DNA from: Candidatus Sulfomarinibacteraceae bacterium
GTDB lineage: Bacteria > Acidobacteriota > Thermoanaerobaculia > Thermoanaerobaculales > Sulfomarinibacteraceae
Length of the DNA stretch: 64,000 nt
NCBI GenBank assembly: GCA_963796455.1
Contig: CAWCLO010000001.1
Location: 352,001-416,000, forward strand
Direction: 5' to 3'
Shown: one piece after another, positions 38,881 to 48,873 of the stretch
Layout: each line of letters starts with the position of its first letter
Position numbering within the stretch: position 1 is the first letter of the stretch
Notes under the pieces: generated by a model
Told to the model about the DNA's origin: nothing
What the model saw: the letters and a program-made list of their open reading frames with translations, nothing else
The model's database searches: none
Translations under genes and position numbers: made by a program

Positions 38881-39609
38881 ATCACTCTTGTCCAAAACAG
38901 TGTCTCGGACAGGGTTCAGGGACAGCGACGGAGAACGGTAGACAGCGGCAGCGAACAGTTGTCGGCGGCAGCGACAGGGTCCAGCGTCAGCGACAGGCAG
39001 CAGCGAACAGGGACAGGGAACAGCGGTCAGTGTTCAGTGTTCAGCGACGGAGCGCAGCGGCAGCAGTCTGGAATTCAGGCGACGCAGTGGCCACCTCCGG
39101 GTCGTTCAACAGAAGGGGTAGCCGGTGGGCGGCCGAGTTGGTAGAGACCGGTCGAATCACTGGTGAATCGCCTACGCCTGGGCGAAAGAGGTCGACAGCC
39201 ACTTGCAGCTCCTCGCCCACGCCGGGGCTATCAGCCCGAACGGAGCCAGTGAAGCGATGAATGCCTTCGATCAGGTCCGTGCCATGACGTGGCGTTTACT
39301 CAACCCAAAATCTTGATTTCAGGGCTTCATACCAGTCAAACATGACGCTGCCTCCTGTTCGCTGACGCTGAACACTGATCGCTGTTCGCTGTTCGCTGTC
39401 GCTGCTCACTGTCGCTGCTCACTGTCGCTGTCCCTGTTCGCTGTTGCCTGTCGCTGACGCTGGACACTGTCGCTGCCGCTGTAATTCGGACGCGGACGCG
39501 GACACGGACACGGGCAACCGAGAACCGGATATGCCAAAAATCAACCTGTGAACCTCGTGGTGTCAGGCGGGCAACTTCACCTGACAATCTGTTTTGGACA
39601 ACAGCGGTC
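38881..39609. mobile_element. TIR-bounded element copy D with inverted truncated cassette
   Basis: Ends ATCACTCTTGTCCAAAACAG and CTGTTTTGGACAACAGCGGT; cassette orientation is opposite to copy B. Confidence 0.75.
39125..39316 (+). pseudogene. Truncated four-helix-bundle gene with internal stop
   Basis: GRDRSNHW*IAYAWAKEVDSH...WRLLNPKS*. Confidence 0.8.
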
Positions 39610-39622
39610 CCTGCCCCCCTTC

Positions 39623-39655
39623 AAAAAAAAAGGGCGCCCGGATGGGCGCCCTTTT
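39623..39655 (-). terminator. Terminator after citrate synthase
   Basis: AAAAGGGCGCCC/GGGCGCCCTTTT stem plus T run. Confidence 0.85.
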
Positions 39656-39673
39656 GTATTGAATTGAAGGAAC

Positions 39674-40978
39674 CTACTTGATGCCGGCTGCTTCCTCGAG
39701 CATCGCGGTGGTCAGCGACTTCGGTCGTTCGATGGGATAACCGAGGGCGCGATCCCAGGTGATGTTGGTCAGCACGCCCAGCGCGCGGCCGATGCCGAAG
39801 AGGACCGTGTAGAAGTCCCACTCGGTGAGGCCGTAGTACCACTGGATGACGCCGGACTGCGCATCGACATTGGGCCACGGGTTCTTGGCCTTGCCCTGTT
39901 CTTCGAGCACACCGGGGGCGACCTGGTAGATCATGCTGATGAGCTTGAACAGCGGGTAGTCCGGAAGGTGCTTGAGGCAGAACTCACGCTGCGACTCGTA
40001 GCGCGGGTCGGTTTTGCGGAGCACCGCATGGCCGTAGCCCGGAATTACCTGACCGCTGTTGAGGGTGTCCCAGAGAGCTTTCTTGACGAGCTCTTCGGTG
40101 GGCTCGGCGCCGCCGAGGCTTTCCATGAACTTCATGGTCCAGCTCAGCACTTCCTGGTTGGCGAGGCCGTGGAGCGGGCCCGCGAGGCCATTGATGCCGG
40201 CCGACAGCGAGTAGTAGGCATCCGACAGCGCCGACGCCACCAGGTGGGTGGTGTGGGCGGAGACGTTCCCCGACTCGTGATCGGAGTGGAGGATGAAATA
40301 CATCCGTGCAACATCGTCGTACGGCGCGTCGATGCCCATCTGATGGGCGAAGTTGCCGCCCATGTCCAGATTCGGGTCCTCGGCGATCTGGTCGTCGTCT
40401 TTGTACTTGAGACGATAGATGAAGGCCGCCAGAACCGGCAGTTTGGCCATCAGGTTGCAGGAATCCTCGAACATCGGATCCCAGTAGTCCATCTTGGACA
40501 TGCCTTCGTTGTACTTCTTGACGAAGATCGATTCGCGCTGCATGGCGATGATACCGGCCGAGTACATGGTCATCGGGTGGGTGTCTTTCGGCATCGCGCG
40601 AAGGATGTCCTTCACATAGTCGGGCAGCTGGCGCCGGGTCTTGAAATCGGCGACCACTTCTTCGGCCTGCTCGTCGGTGGGGATCTCTGAGGTCATCAGA
40701 TAGTAGAAGAAGCCTTCGACGCTGGGGTACTCCTGGCCTTCAACCGCGGGCAGCGCTGCAAAGGTCTCCGGGATCGTGCGGCCCCTGAAACGAATGCCCT
40801 CGAAGGGGTCGAGATAGGACACGTCGGTCACCAGGCAACGAACTCCACGCGCGCCGCCGATCGCCTGGGCGATGGTGACATCCCAGATCTTGGTGTCGCC
40901 ATACTCTTTGAGCAGGCGCACCGTCCGCGGACGATGCTCTTCGATTTTCTTGTACAGGGTTTCCTTTAAAGTCGACAT
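39674..40978 (-). CDS. gltA: Citrate (Si)-synthase, eukaryote-like type
   Basis: HSDHESGNVSAH, GPLHGLANQE, GYGHAVLRKTDPR, NPWPNVDA. Confidence 0.95.
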   Translation of the reverse strand: MSTLKETLYKKIEEHRPRTVRLLKEYGDTKIWDVTIAQAIGGARGVRCLVTDVSYLDPFEGIRFRGRTIPETFAALPAVEGQEYPSVEGFFYYLMTSEIPTDEQAEEVVADFKTRRQLPDYVKDILRAMPKDTHPMTMYSAGIIAMQRESIFVKKYNEGMSKMDYWDPMFEDSCNLMAKLPVLAAFIYRLKYKDDDQIAEDPNLDMGGNFAHQMGIDAPYDDVARMYFILHSDHESGNVSAHTTHLVASALSDAYYSLSAGINGLAGPLHGLANQEVLSWTMKFMESLGGAEPTEELVKKALWDTLNSGQVIPGYGHAVLRKTDPRYESQREFCLKHLPDYPLFKLISMIYQVAPGVLEEQGKAKNPWPNVDAQSGVIQWYYGLTEWDFYTVLFGIGRALGVLTNITWDRALGYPIERPKSLTTAMLEEAAGIK

Positions 40979-41216
40979 CATGCCTCCCGTTTTTTTCCAG
41001 CCGGGAGAGCTGCCGCGCATTGATCTCGCCGCCTCTCGACCCGGTCATTTCACATCGCACGAGGGTTCATTCTGTCTGGTACGAAAAATCCCGAAAAGGT
41101 TTCCCGTGGACAAGAGTATAGAGCTTGTGAAGAAAAGTGACAAGCTATATTTCAGTTGATCAGACGCTCACTTTTCGGCCAAAGCCGATCAATGAATGAA
41201 CGCTCATTCATTGAAA

Positions 41217-41386
41217 GGCTTGGGGCTTGGGGCTTGGGGCTTGAGGGGGTTGGGGCTTGGGGCTTTGGGGCTTGGGGCTTGGGGCTTGGGGTTGGGGCTT
41301 CAAAGGATCGATCTCGCTTCTGAGCATGTCAAGCCTCAGCCTCAGGTCCCAGGTCCCAGGTCACCGGTCTCAGGTCTCAAGCCCCC
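41217..41386 (+). repeat. (GGGGCTT)n heptamer array with degenerate opposing arm
   Basis: About 11 copies at 41217-41300; AAGCCTC/AGGTCCC/AAGCCCC units at 41331-41386. Confidence 0.85.
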
Positions 41387-41459
41387 GTATCAGCTACAAT
41401 GTCGACGTACGCAGTCGAATATCGGAATCGTCGATCGACCCGAGGAGGATACTCCGCCA

Positions 41460-44237
41460 GTGAATGTTGTCTGGCAGCTCCGCGGAACGTCAGATTCGGG
41501 CAGCGTCGAGCTGCAATTCGGTGCCGGTGTTCATGTTCTCGGCTCGGCGACCGACTGCGACCTCATCATCGCCGACCGAACCATTTCTCGTCGCCATGCC
41601 AGAATCGTCGCCGGCGAGAGCGGTGTTTCGATCGAAGATCTTGCTTCAACCAATGGCACGACGGTCGACGGAAAGACCGTTGATTCGCCGACCGACATCA
41701 ATAAGGACTCAGAGATCAAACTCGGTCACGTGTTTCTTCACATTTCGGTCGTCGCCGAACACGATGGTGAAGAACAGCTCGAAGAATCCGATATCAGCGG
41801 TGGGCAGTCCTTGTTGCTCGGGCCCGCGACTGTCGGCTTTCTCCGCGATGCCGGCCAGGAGGTCTCGTTTTCTTCGGGTGAGGTTGTGGTCCGCCGCGGC
41901 GAACGGCAGGAGTTTTTCTTTGTCGTCATCGAAGGCGAGGTCGAGCTTTTTCTGAGCGAGGATGAGGATCGTGGCCGCCCCCTGGCCCGACTGGGTGAGG
42001 GAGGGATCTTCGGCGCCGAGTCGGTTCTCGGCAAAGGCGGCGCGGCCACCGGTGCCGTAGCCGTGACCGACGTCCGGTTGCTTCGCTATCCCGCCCACGC
42101 CCTACCGACAGCCCTTCAGGAGTCGGCTTCGCTGCGCAGCAAACTTCTCGGAGGGTTTGCCCGGAACCTCCAGAAGACCACCTCTGATGCGCTCGACCTC
42201 ATGCGCGGCAACGAAGTGATGGCCAGACTGGTTCAGGGCGACAACGATCCTGATGCCCTGATCGCGGTCTCGCCGAGGATGAAGGCCATCCGCCGTAAGA
42301 TCGACGCGCTCTCCAAGTCCAGAGACGCGGTCCTGATCGCCGGCGAAGACGGAACGGGAAAGACTCTCGCAGCGCGGTTGATTCACGATGCCTCGGAGCG
42401 TTCTTCCGGGCCGCTGATTGCGGTCAATTGCCGCGATCTGCGATCCGGCCACGCCGCAGAGCTCATCCTCGGCGAAGATCTCGGCGGGCGCCTGCCAACC
42501 GGACGGCGTGGCAGCGGCGGAATCCATCTGGCACACAACGGAACCCTCGTCCTGCGCGGCGCCGATGAGCTCGAGGCAGCCGTGCAACAGATGCTCGCCG
42601 CCTATATTGCGACGGCGAAGGGCAAGCCACCGGGGTCCTACCCCGACACCCGATTCGTCCTCACGACCCGATCTGCCTCGAGCGCCGACGGCGGGCCGAC
42701 CGCCGCATTGGCCGAGACCGTCGACGAGATCATCGAGATCCCGCCCCTGGCAAAACGGCCCAAAGACATCATTCCCCTGGCCGAGGAGTTCCTCTCCCGC
42801 ACTGGGCCTCCGGCGCCGACTATTACCGAGGACGCACAACACGCGTTGCTGTCGCTGCGCTATCAGCGCCGAAATGTGGCCGAGCTACGTGAAGTTCTGG
42901 GGCTCGCGTCGCGGCTCGCCGATGGCCCGGAAATCCGTGCCGAACATATTTTCGGTGGAGTCGGCGACGACGACACGGCTCCGGGTCTCTCCATCACCGA
43001 CACGCCGCTGATTCGTCGACTTCTCCGGCCCTTGGGCATTCCACTGGCAAGGGCTCTGACTTTCGCCGGTTTTGCGGCAGTCATCGTCCTCTGTCTCGGA
43101 TTCGCCTCGACAACCGCCGGTCGGGTGGCCAACACCGCCATCTGGTCGGTCTGGGAACCCGCGGTCTTCGGTTTGTTCTTTCTCATCGGCCCGGTGTGGT
43201 GCACGATCTGCCCGTTGTCCACCGCCGCGCGTCTCTCGAAGAAGCTCGGGTGGCCGGAGCAATCGCCGCCGCCCTGGATCATTCGCCATGGGCCGTGGCT
43301 GACGATCGTCGGTTTCGCACTCATCGTTTGGGTCGAACGGTTTTTCGAGTCAACCATGAATCCCGTTGCCTCCGGGTTTCTGCTCGCTTCCCTGGTCGCC
43401 GCCGCGGTGATCTTCGGAGTCCTTTACAAGCGAGAGGTGTGGTGTCGCTATCTGTGCCCGTTGGGCCGTCTGGCGACCGTGCTCGCTCCCGCCTCCCCTC
43501 TTCAGATCAAGGCAAAACCAACCGTCTGCGCTTCGACCTGCACCACCCACGAGTGCTACAAGGGAACCATCAAGATCCCCGGTTGCACGGTCTTCCACCA
43601 CCCTCTCGAGGGCAAACAGGCCTACCGATGCAAGCTCTGTGGTGATTGCCTGAACAACTGCACGCACCATTCCGCACAGCTTCAGGTGAGAGCGCCGCTG
43701 ATGTCGGTCTGGCGCCTCGATTCGAGTGCCCAGGATCTCGCCCTCTTCGGGCTTGCCATCTCGATTCTCGCGTTGGCTCTTGTTGCATCCCGAAGCTTCG
43801 AAGCCCTCGCCACCCCTCTCGCTTTTACCGTCCTTTGCGTCCTCAGCCTGGTGGCCGGAATCGCTCTCCACCACGTCGTCATGGCGATCGCACACACCGA
43901 TCGCCGGATCGCCATCATGGTGCGTCTGGCCGTGGCCCTCATGATCCTCGGCTGGAGCACATTGATGGTCAGTCAACTCGCGAATATCGTGGTGCTCGAC
44001 AAAGCCGAGATCGTGTTGCCGGCGGTCGACTGGCTACCCCTTTGGATTCCACTGCGTTTCAGCTTGCTCAAAGGTCTGCAGATAACTTTCGTCCTCTTCG
44101 GGCTGACCCTCGCCACCATCGCGCTGAGCCACATTCGTTTCGAGGGCACCTCGATCTGGACCCGCATCGGTCGTTTTCTGACGCCCCTGGTTCTCATCGG
44201 ATATGCCGCGTCAGTTGTGCTTTTGATCCTCTTCTGA
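41460..44237 (+). CDS. FHA + cNMP-binding + sigma54-type AAA + membrane 4Fe-4S (NapH-like) fusion protein
   Basis: ISRRHA/STNGT (FHA); GEGGIFG; GEDGTGKT; WCTICP, WCRYLCP, CKLCGDC; GAGGAGG upstream of the GTG. Confidence 0.85.
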   Translation: MNVVWQLRGTSDSGSVELQFGAGVHVLGSATDCDLIIADRTISRRHARIVAGESGVSIEDLASTNGTTVDGKTVDSPTDINKDSEIKLGHVFLHISVVAEHDGEEQLEESDISGGQSLLLGPATVGFLRDAGQEVSFSSGEVVVRRGERQEFFFVVIEGEVELFLSEDEDRGRPLARLGEGGIFGAESVLGKGGAATGAVAVTDVRLLRYPAHALPTALQESASLRSKLLGGFARNLQKTTSDALDLMRGNEVMARLVQGDNDPDALIAVSPRMKAIRRKIDALSKSRDAVLIAGEDGTGKTLAARLIHDASERSSGPLIAVNCRDLRSGHAAELILGEDLGGRLPTGRRGSGGIHLAHNGTLVLRGADELEAAVQQMLAAYIATAKGKPPGSYPDTRFVLTTRSASSADGGPTAALAETVDEIIEIPPLAKRPKDIIPLAEEFLSRTGPPAPTITEDAQHALLSLRYQRRNVAELREVLGLASRLADGPEIRAEHIFGGVGDDDTAPGLSITDTPLIRRLLRPLGIPLARALTFAGFAAVIVLCLGFASTTAGRVANTAIWSVWEPAVFGLFFLIGPVWCTICPLSTAARLSKKLGWPEQSPPPWIIRHGPWLTIVGFALIVWVERFFESTMNPVASGFLLASLVAAAVIFGVLYKREVWCRYLCPLGRLATVLAPASPLQIKAKPTVCASTCTTHECYKGTIKIPGCTVFHHPLEGKQAYRCKLCGDCLNNCTHHSAQLQVRAPLMSVWRLDSSAQDLALFGLAISILALALVASRSFEALATPLAFTVLCVLSLVAGIALHHVVMAIAHTDRRIAIMVRLAVALMILGWSTLMVSQLANIVVLDKAEIVLPAVDWLPLWIPLRFSLLKGLQITFVLFGLTLATIALSHIRFEGTSIWTRIGRFLTPLVLIGYAASVVLLILF

Positions 44238-44408
44238 GTCCCGATCCTCGCCCAGTGGCCGTCAGGTCAACTGACAGCCGCTTCTATCAGAACCGCGTAA
44301 AAGAGACACAATCTCCTTGATATCCTTCTCAAAACCGGATAAAATCTGCGCTCATCGCACTATGACGCAACAAAAATGATGCAACCACAGGGTCTTGGAG
44401 GCCGCACC

Positions 44409-47400
44409 ATGAGACGCATTCTTAGTTTCATTTTCCTTCTCACGCTCATTTCCGCACCTGCCATCGTCGGCGCTCAGCAGGCTGGCGACAACATTAATGT
44501 CCTACCGTTGGTTCCGAACGTCGATTCGTCCGACCCAGGCTATGATCCCGATTGGTTTCTGAAGGGTGACGGCTACCTACAGCGTCAGCTGGAGCCGACA
44601 ATCGCCGCATCGACCCGCAACCCGGACCACCTGCTCGCGTTCTTCAACGATTACAGGGCGGTGGATGTGGGTGACGACATCGGACTCGGCGAAGGCGAAA
44701 TCGGATCGGCCGCCCTCAAGACCCTCAACCTCATGCTGGCTTCGGTGCCATGGCTGCAAATTCCAGACCTTGGTATCACGATGATTCGCCCGCAGCCGAT
44801 GGCGGCGTCCGAAGCATGGGTGGGTATGAGTCGATCTTATGATGGCGGCCTGACCTGGAGTGGCGGCTTCTTGCCCGGCGCACCCTTCGACGGCTCCCCC
44901 GCATCGCTCGATTCTCCCGTCTATGGCCTCGAGGCGGCCACCGATCCGGTGACCGTCTGCGGTCCGTGCGGCCAATTCTATACTGTCTTCGTCGCCTTCA
45001 CTCGCGGCGGCCAGAGCAAGCTCGCGGTCGCGCGTTATGAGGACCTCAACAATGACCCCGGCGGCGACACCCTGGTGTACAAGGGCACGACCGTTGTCGA
45101 CTCTGGAGCCAACGCGAATTTCGGGCATTTCCTCGACAAGCCCCATATCGCCATTGATGTCTGGCGCAATGAATCATCAAAAGCGGGAATTGAAAAGAAG
45201 AAAAAGCCGAAACCCTCGGAAGACAACGACGATCCCTGCGCGCATCGCGTTTACGTGAGCTACAGCACCTTCACCGGAAAACCGAAACCCAACAAATTCC
45301 AGAGCAAACTCTACGTTGCGACGTCGGAGGATGGTGGCGAGACTTTCAACAGGACAAAAATCAACAAGAACTTCGGTCAGAACCAGGGATCGGCCCTCGC
45401 TGTCGATCCACGCGAAGGAACTCCGACGACAACCGGGGGCGGAACCCTCTATGCGTTCTGGCGTCATTTCAACGGTCCTGACAGCATCGTCATGACCAAA
45501 TCGCTCGATTTCGGCGGTTCGTGGAGCAGACCGGAGCAGATCATCGGCAGCACGCCGATGGCGCCATTCGATCAGCCGACGATTTCGACCCAGGCCGTCT
45601 ACGATTTCGGTTTGTTCGACCCCATCACCGGTTTGCCCGAAGTTGCTTTTCGTTCGAACGGATTCCCCACCGCCACCGTCGCGACCGACCCCCAAGGTGA
45701 TGCAACCGTATTTGTAGGTTGGCAGGAGCGGGTTGGCGGTGACGGCTACCCGCTCGAAAACGGAACGCCCCGGATCGTGCTGATGCGCTCCGACGACGAC
45801 GGCGATTCGTGGACGGACATCGAAGGCAACCCCGGTCAGCGGAAAGCCGTCGATATCGGCTGGCGCGACCTCGAGAGTGATCCAAGTGCTCCCGAGCCAG
45901 GATTTGGGACTGTGCCTCTCGAGCGCCCCTCGGGACCCCAGATCCAACCCGCCCTCTCATTTGCCGGCGGGCGATTGATGATGGTGTACTCAGAGTCCCG
46001 CGGTCGGATCGCCAACTACGGCAACCCTGATCTTGAAGAAATCCTGACGTCGCAGTTCAACCCGGACGCAGACATCGATTCGCAAACCGGTTTCATCAGC
46101 GGCTACGATCGACTGATGGATCATCGCGCCGCGCTGCTCGACCCCGCGACCGGTGAACTGTTGTCGACGGTGCAGGTTTCGCGCTATCCCTTGAGGGCAG
46201 GTTCAGACCTTGCCGACGGCGAGGACTATGAGGACGTCGCGCCGATCAACCCGCCGTGCTCGCCGGACTATGACGCATACTTCAACGCGGGTGAACTCAA
46301 CCCCTGCGTGCGCCAACTCAACCGCGTCAACGCAGTGACCTCGGCCGCCGGAACCTCTCCATTTGTCGGGGACTACCCGGGGATCCATCCCTTCGTCCAG
46401 TTCGTGACCGACTCCGAAGGCAACTGGCGGTGGGCGACCGATCCCGATGACCTCACAACCCGCGGTTTCCACACCATCTGGGCCGACAATCGCCACCTGA
46501 TTCCGCCGCAAAACCCGTCACCTGGAAGTCCATGGGTCGAATGGCAGGACTATCCCAACTATGACGCACCCGGGTCAGGCGATCTTTCCTGTGCCAACCC
46601 GGGATCGCGCAACACCGATGTGTTGACCTCGAGGGTTGATGCCGAGCTGGTCATCAATTCGCCGACGACCTTCAAGGCGATCGGCGCCACCGGGGCTAGC
46701 TTTCCGTTTTCTATCGGCAACAAGACGGGCGAAACCAGAACCTACCAGATCAGCATCGAACCGGATGATGGCAATGCCTCATTCCTGTCGCGCTCGGTGG
46801 TGACCACGGCCTCGGTCGAGATCTTTCCCTTCTCGAGCACCTCGCAGGTGGTCTATGTTTCGGGGCCGACGACCGACCCCATCAAGGTCACTGTCCAGGA
46901 GACCGGCGGTTGCGGCAGCGATTGCCAGAGCGGCACCATCGTCTTCAACGCCCACCAGAGCATGGCCTCGGAACAACTCGCTTCGGAGGAGTTCTTCAAC
47001 CCGACGGTCACGCCCGACGCGTTCGTCATCAATCAGAATCTGGAAAACGCTTTCGTGATCAACCAGGGTGCTGAAAACGCATTCGTCATCAATCCAACAG
47101 TTGACAACGCCTTCGTCATCAACGGCGGCACGGAGAATGCGTTCGTTATCAATGCATTTGTCATCAACGCATTCGTCATCAATGCATTTGTCATCAACAG
47201 CGGCCTCCCGGCAAAGGCAGGGGAAGAGCCCGAGTACTACGATATCCACAACATCATCGACACAACCTGGACGGTGACTCCAGGTGAGAGCACCGATGCC
47301 TCGAGCTTTCTGCCAATCATCAATATCGACAAGGCGGAGCAGTTCCTCGACAAGTACGTCTTCCAACTCATCGTCCACAAGGGCGCGCTCTACGGTTCCC

Positions 47401-48815
47401 CGAGTTTGGAGGGTTGCGACTCAACCAATGTGAACCAGCCGCAGATCCTCTCGACCTTTGCGCAGGGCCCGGGCACCAACCCTGCCGACGCCTTTGTCAT
47501 CAACCCGGCGCCAAAAAATGCCTTCGTCATCAACCAGGGATTTCCCGGCGATGCCTTTGTCATCAACTCGACATTTACCGTCGCACCATCCGACGACGGC
47601 CCGGACAACTCAAAGAACGGCTCCCTGAGCAACGACGGCACGCTCAAAGCTCCGCGCGCGCCGGACACCGTCAACGTCACCCTGCGGGCCTATCAGATCG
47701 TGCCTGACGAAGAGTTGGGTGAGTTCCGCTATAACCCGTTCCCCGCGGACGACCCGAACAATCCGAACCCAGGCACGGCCGGCGATCGCGCATCCTTCGC
47801 CGCATCCTCACACAACTGCGACACCCTGGATCCCTTGTCAGAGTGTTTCGAGTTCAACGCACCGGACCTCGTGCCCATCGACGTTGATCCAACCGAAATC
47901 CTACCGACTCTGGTCGGCGAAAGCTTCGACTTTCCGTCCTGGACCCTGCTCAACCAGGGAACGACGGATGGCAACGCCGAGAACGACGATCTTCGTCATG
48001 GCTTCTATCTCTGTCCGCGCTGGGTTGTGGCAGATGCTCCGGAGGATCTGACGCTCGACCTTTCGCCGTGCACACAGTTCATTGACGAAGGAGAGATCCT
48101 GTTCACCACCGACAACTCCCTCCCGCCTGCGGGTGAAGATGATTTCGATGCAACCACGTTGAACATCCCGGAAGGAACCCTGCCGGGTCTCTACGACGTG
48201 GTGCTCTACGTAGACGATCTCTTCCAGGTCTCAGAGTTCATCGAAGTCAACAATTACGCATCGGTACCCATCATCGTCATCGACGAGTTGCTCGAGAACG
48301 GCGGTTTCGAGACGCCGGACGTGGCCGCCGGAGCCTGGGCCCTCTTCGAAAACGGGACGGATGGGCTCGATTGGAGCTTCGAGTGGGTGAATTGCGGTGG
48401 CTGCGAAACCGATCCACTGCTCGAGATTCAGAGCAGCGGCGTGGTGATCACCACACCGGACGGCGGTCAGGTCGCCGAACTCGACTCCGACTTCGGCGGT
48501 GCGGAACCGGGCAGCCAGACGAGTCTGCGCCTGTACCGCGATTTCGACACCTGCGAGGGAGTCACCTACACATTCGACTATTCGTGGGCAAAACGCACCG
48601 GCTCGGATTTGATGACCGTCTCATGGGACGGATTTGTCTTCGCGACACACGGTGCAGGCGCTCCGACCCTGCAATGGAATGTGGAGAGCTGGGAACTCGA
48701 TGGCGACGGATCGACCATTCGTCTCGAGTTCGTTGAGACCGGACCGGCCGATTCGTTGGGCATGCTGCTCGATGCCGTGAGCCTGATCGGACCGCTTTGC
48801 CCGAACGTTGAATAA
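44409..48815 (+). CDS. Large secreted protein: BNR/Asp-box repeats, AFVIN repeats, CARDB-like and DUF642-like C-terminal domains
   Basis: Signal peptide; SYDGGLTW, SEDGGETF, SLDFGGSW, SDDDGDSW; LLENGGFETP. Confidence 0.85.
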   Translation: MRRILSFIFLLTLISAPAIVGAQQAGDNINVLPLVPNVDSSDPGYDPDWFLKGDGYLQRQLEPTIAASTRNPDHLLAFFNDYRAVDVGDDIGLGEGEIGSAALKTLNLMLASVPWLQIPDLGITMIRPQPMAASEAWVGMSRSYDGGLTWSGGFLPGAPFDGSPASLDSPVYGLEAATDPVTVCGPCGQFYTVFVAFTRGGQSKLAVARYEDLNNDPGGDTLVYKGTTVVDSGANANFGHFLDKPHIAIDVWRNESSKAGIEKKKKPKPSEDNDDPCAHRVYVSYSTFTGKPKPNKFQSKLYVATSEDGGETFNRTKINKNFGQNQGSALAVDPREGTPTTTGGGTLYAFWRHFNGPDSIVMTKSLDFGGSWSRPEQIIGSTPMAPFDQPTISTQAVYDFGLFDPITGLPEVAFRSNGFPTATVATDPQGDATVFVGWQERVGGDGYPLENGTPRIVLMRSDDDGDSWTDIEGNPGQRKAVDIGWRDLESDPSAPEPGFGTVPLERPSGPQIQPALSFAGGRLMMVYSESRGRIANYGNPDLEEILTSQFNPDADIDSQTGFISGYDRLMDHRAALLDPATGELLSTVQVSRYPLRAGSDLADGEDYEDVAPINPPCSPDYDAYFNAGELNPCVRQLNRVNAVTSAAGTSPFVGDYPGIHPFVQFVTDSEGNWRWATDPDDLTTRGFHTIWADNRHLIPPQNPSPGSPWVEWQDYPNYDAPGSGDLSCANPGSRNTDVLTSRVDAELVINSPTTFKAIGATGASFPFSIGNKTGETRTYQISIEPDDGNASFLSRSVVTTASVEIFPFSSTSQVVYVSGPTTDPIKVTVQETGGCGSDCQSGTIVFNAHQSMASEQLASEEFFNPTVTPDAFVINQNLENAFVINQGAENAFVINPTVDNAFVINGGTENAFVINAFVINAFVINAFVINSGLPAKAGEEPEYYDIHNIIDTTWTVTPGESTDASSFLPIINIDKAEQFLDKYVFQLIVHKGALYGSPSLEGCDSTNVNQPQILSTFAQGPGTNPADAFVINPAPKNAFVINQGFPGDAFVINSTFTVAPSDDGPDNSKNGSLSNDGTLKAPRAPDTVNVTLRAYQIVPDEELGEFRYNPFPADDPNNPNPGTAGDRASFAASSHNCDTLDPLSECFEFNAPDLVPIDVDPTEILPTLVGESFDFPSWTLLNQGTTDGNAENDDLRHGFYLCPRWVVADAPEDLTLDLSPCTQFIDEGEILFTTDNSLPPAGEDDFDATTLNIPEGTLPGLYDVVLYVDDLFQVSEFIEVNNYASVPIIVIDELLENGGFETPDVAAGAWALFENGTDGLDWSFEWVNCGGCETDPLLEIQSSGVVITTPDGGQVAELDSDFGGAEPGSQTSLRLYRDFDTCEGVTYTFDYSWAKRTGSDLMTVSWDGFVFATHGAGAPTLQWNVESWELDGDGSTIRLEFVETGPADSLGMLLDAVSLIGPLCPNVE

Positions 48816-48843
48816 CGCTGAGAACAGCAGCTGAACGCAACCA

Positions 48844-48873
48844 CGGGGTCGGGCAACCGGCCCCGTTTTTTTT
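48844..48873 (+). terminator. Terminator between convergent genes
   Basis: CGGGGTCGG/CCGGCCCCG stem plus T run. Confidence 0.75.

Noticed and set aside
39155..39170. In-frame TGA in copy D as selenocysteine
   Set aside because: It replaces Arg in a truncated gene and has no Cys-equivalent position.
41124..41142. Rex-like box TTGTGAA...GACAA
   Set aside because: Spacing is wrong and the second half-site is poor.
41196..41459. GLGAW-repeat N-terminus of the 1013-aa ORF
   Set aside because: It derives from the GGGGCTT array; the SD supports a start at 41460.
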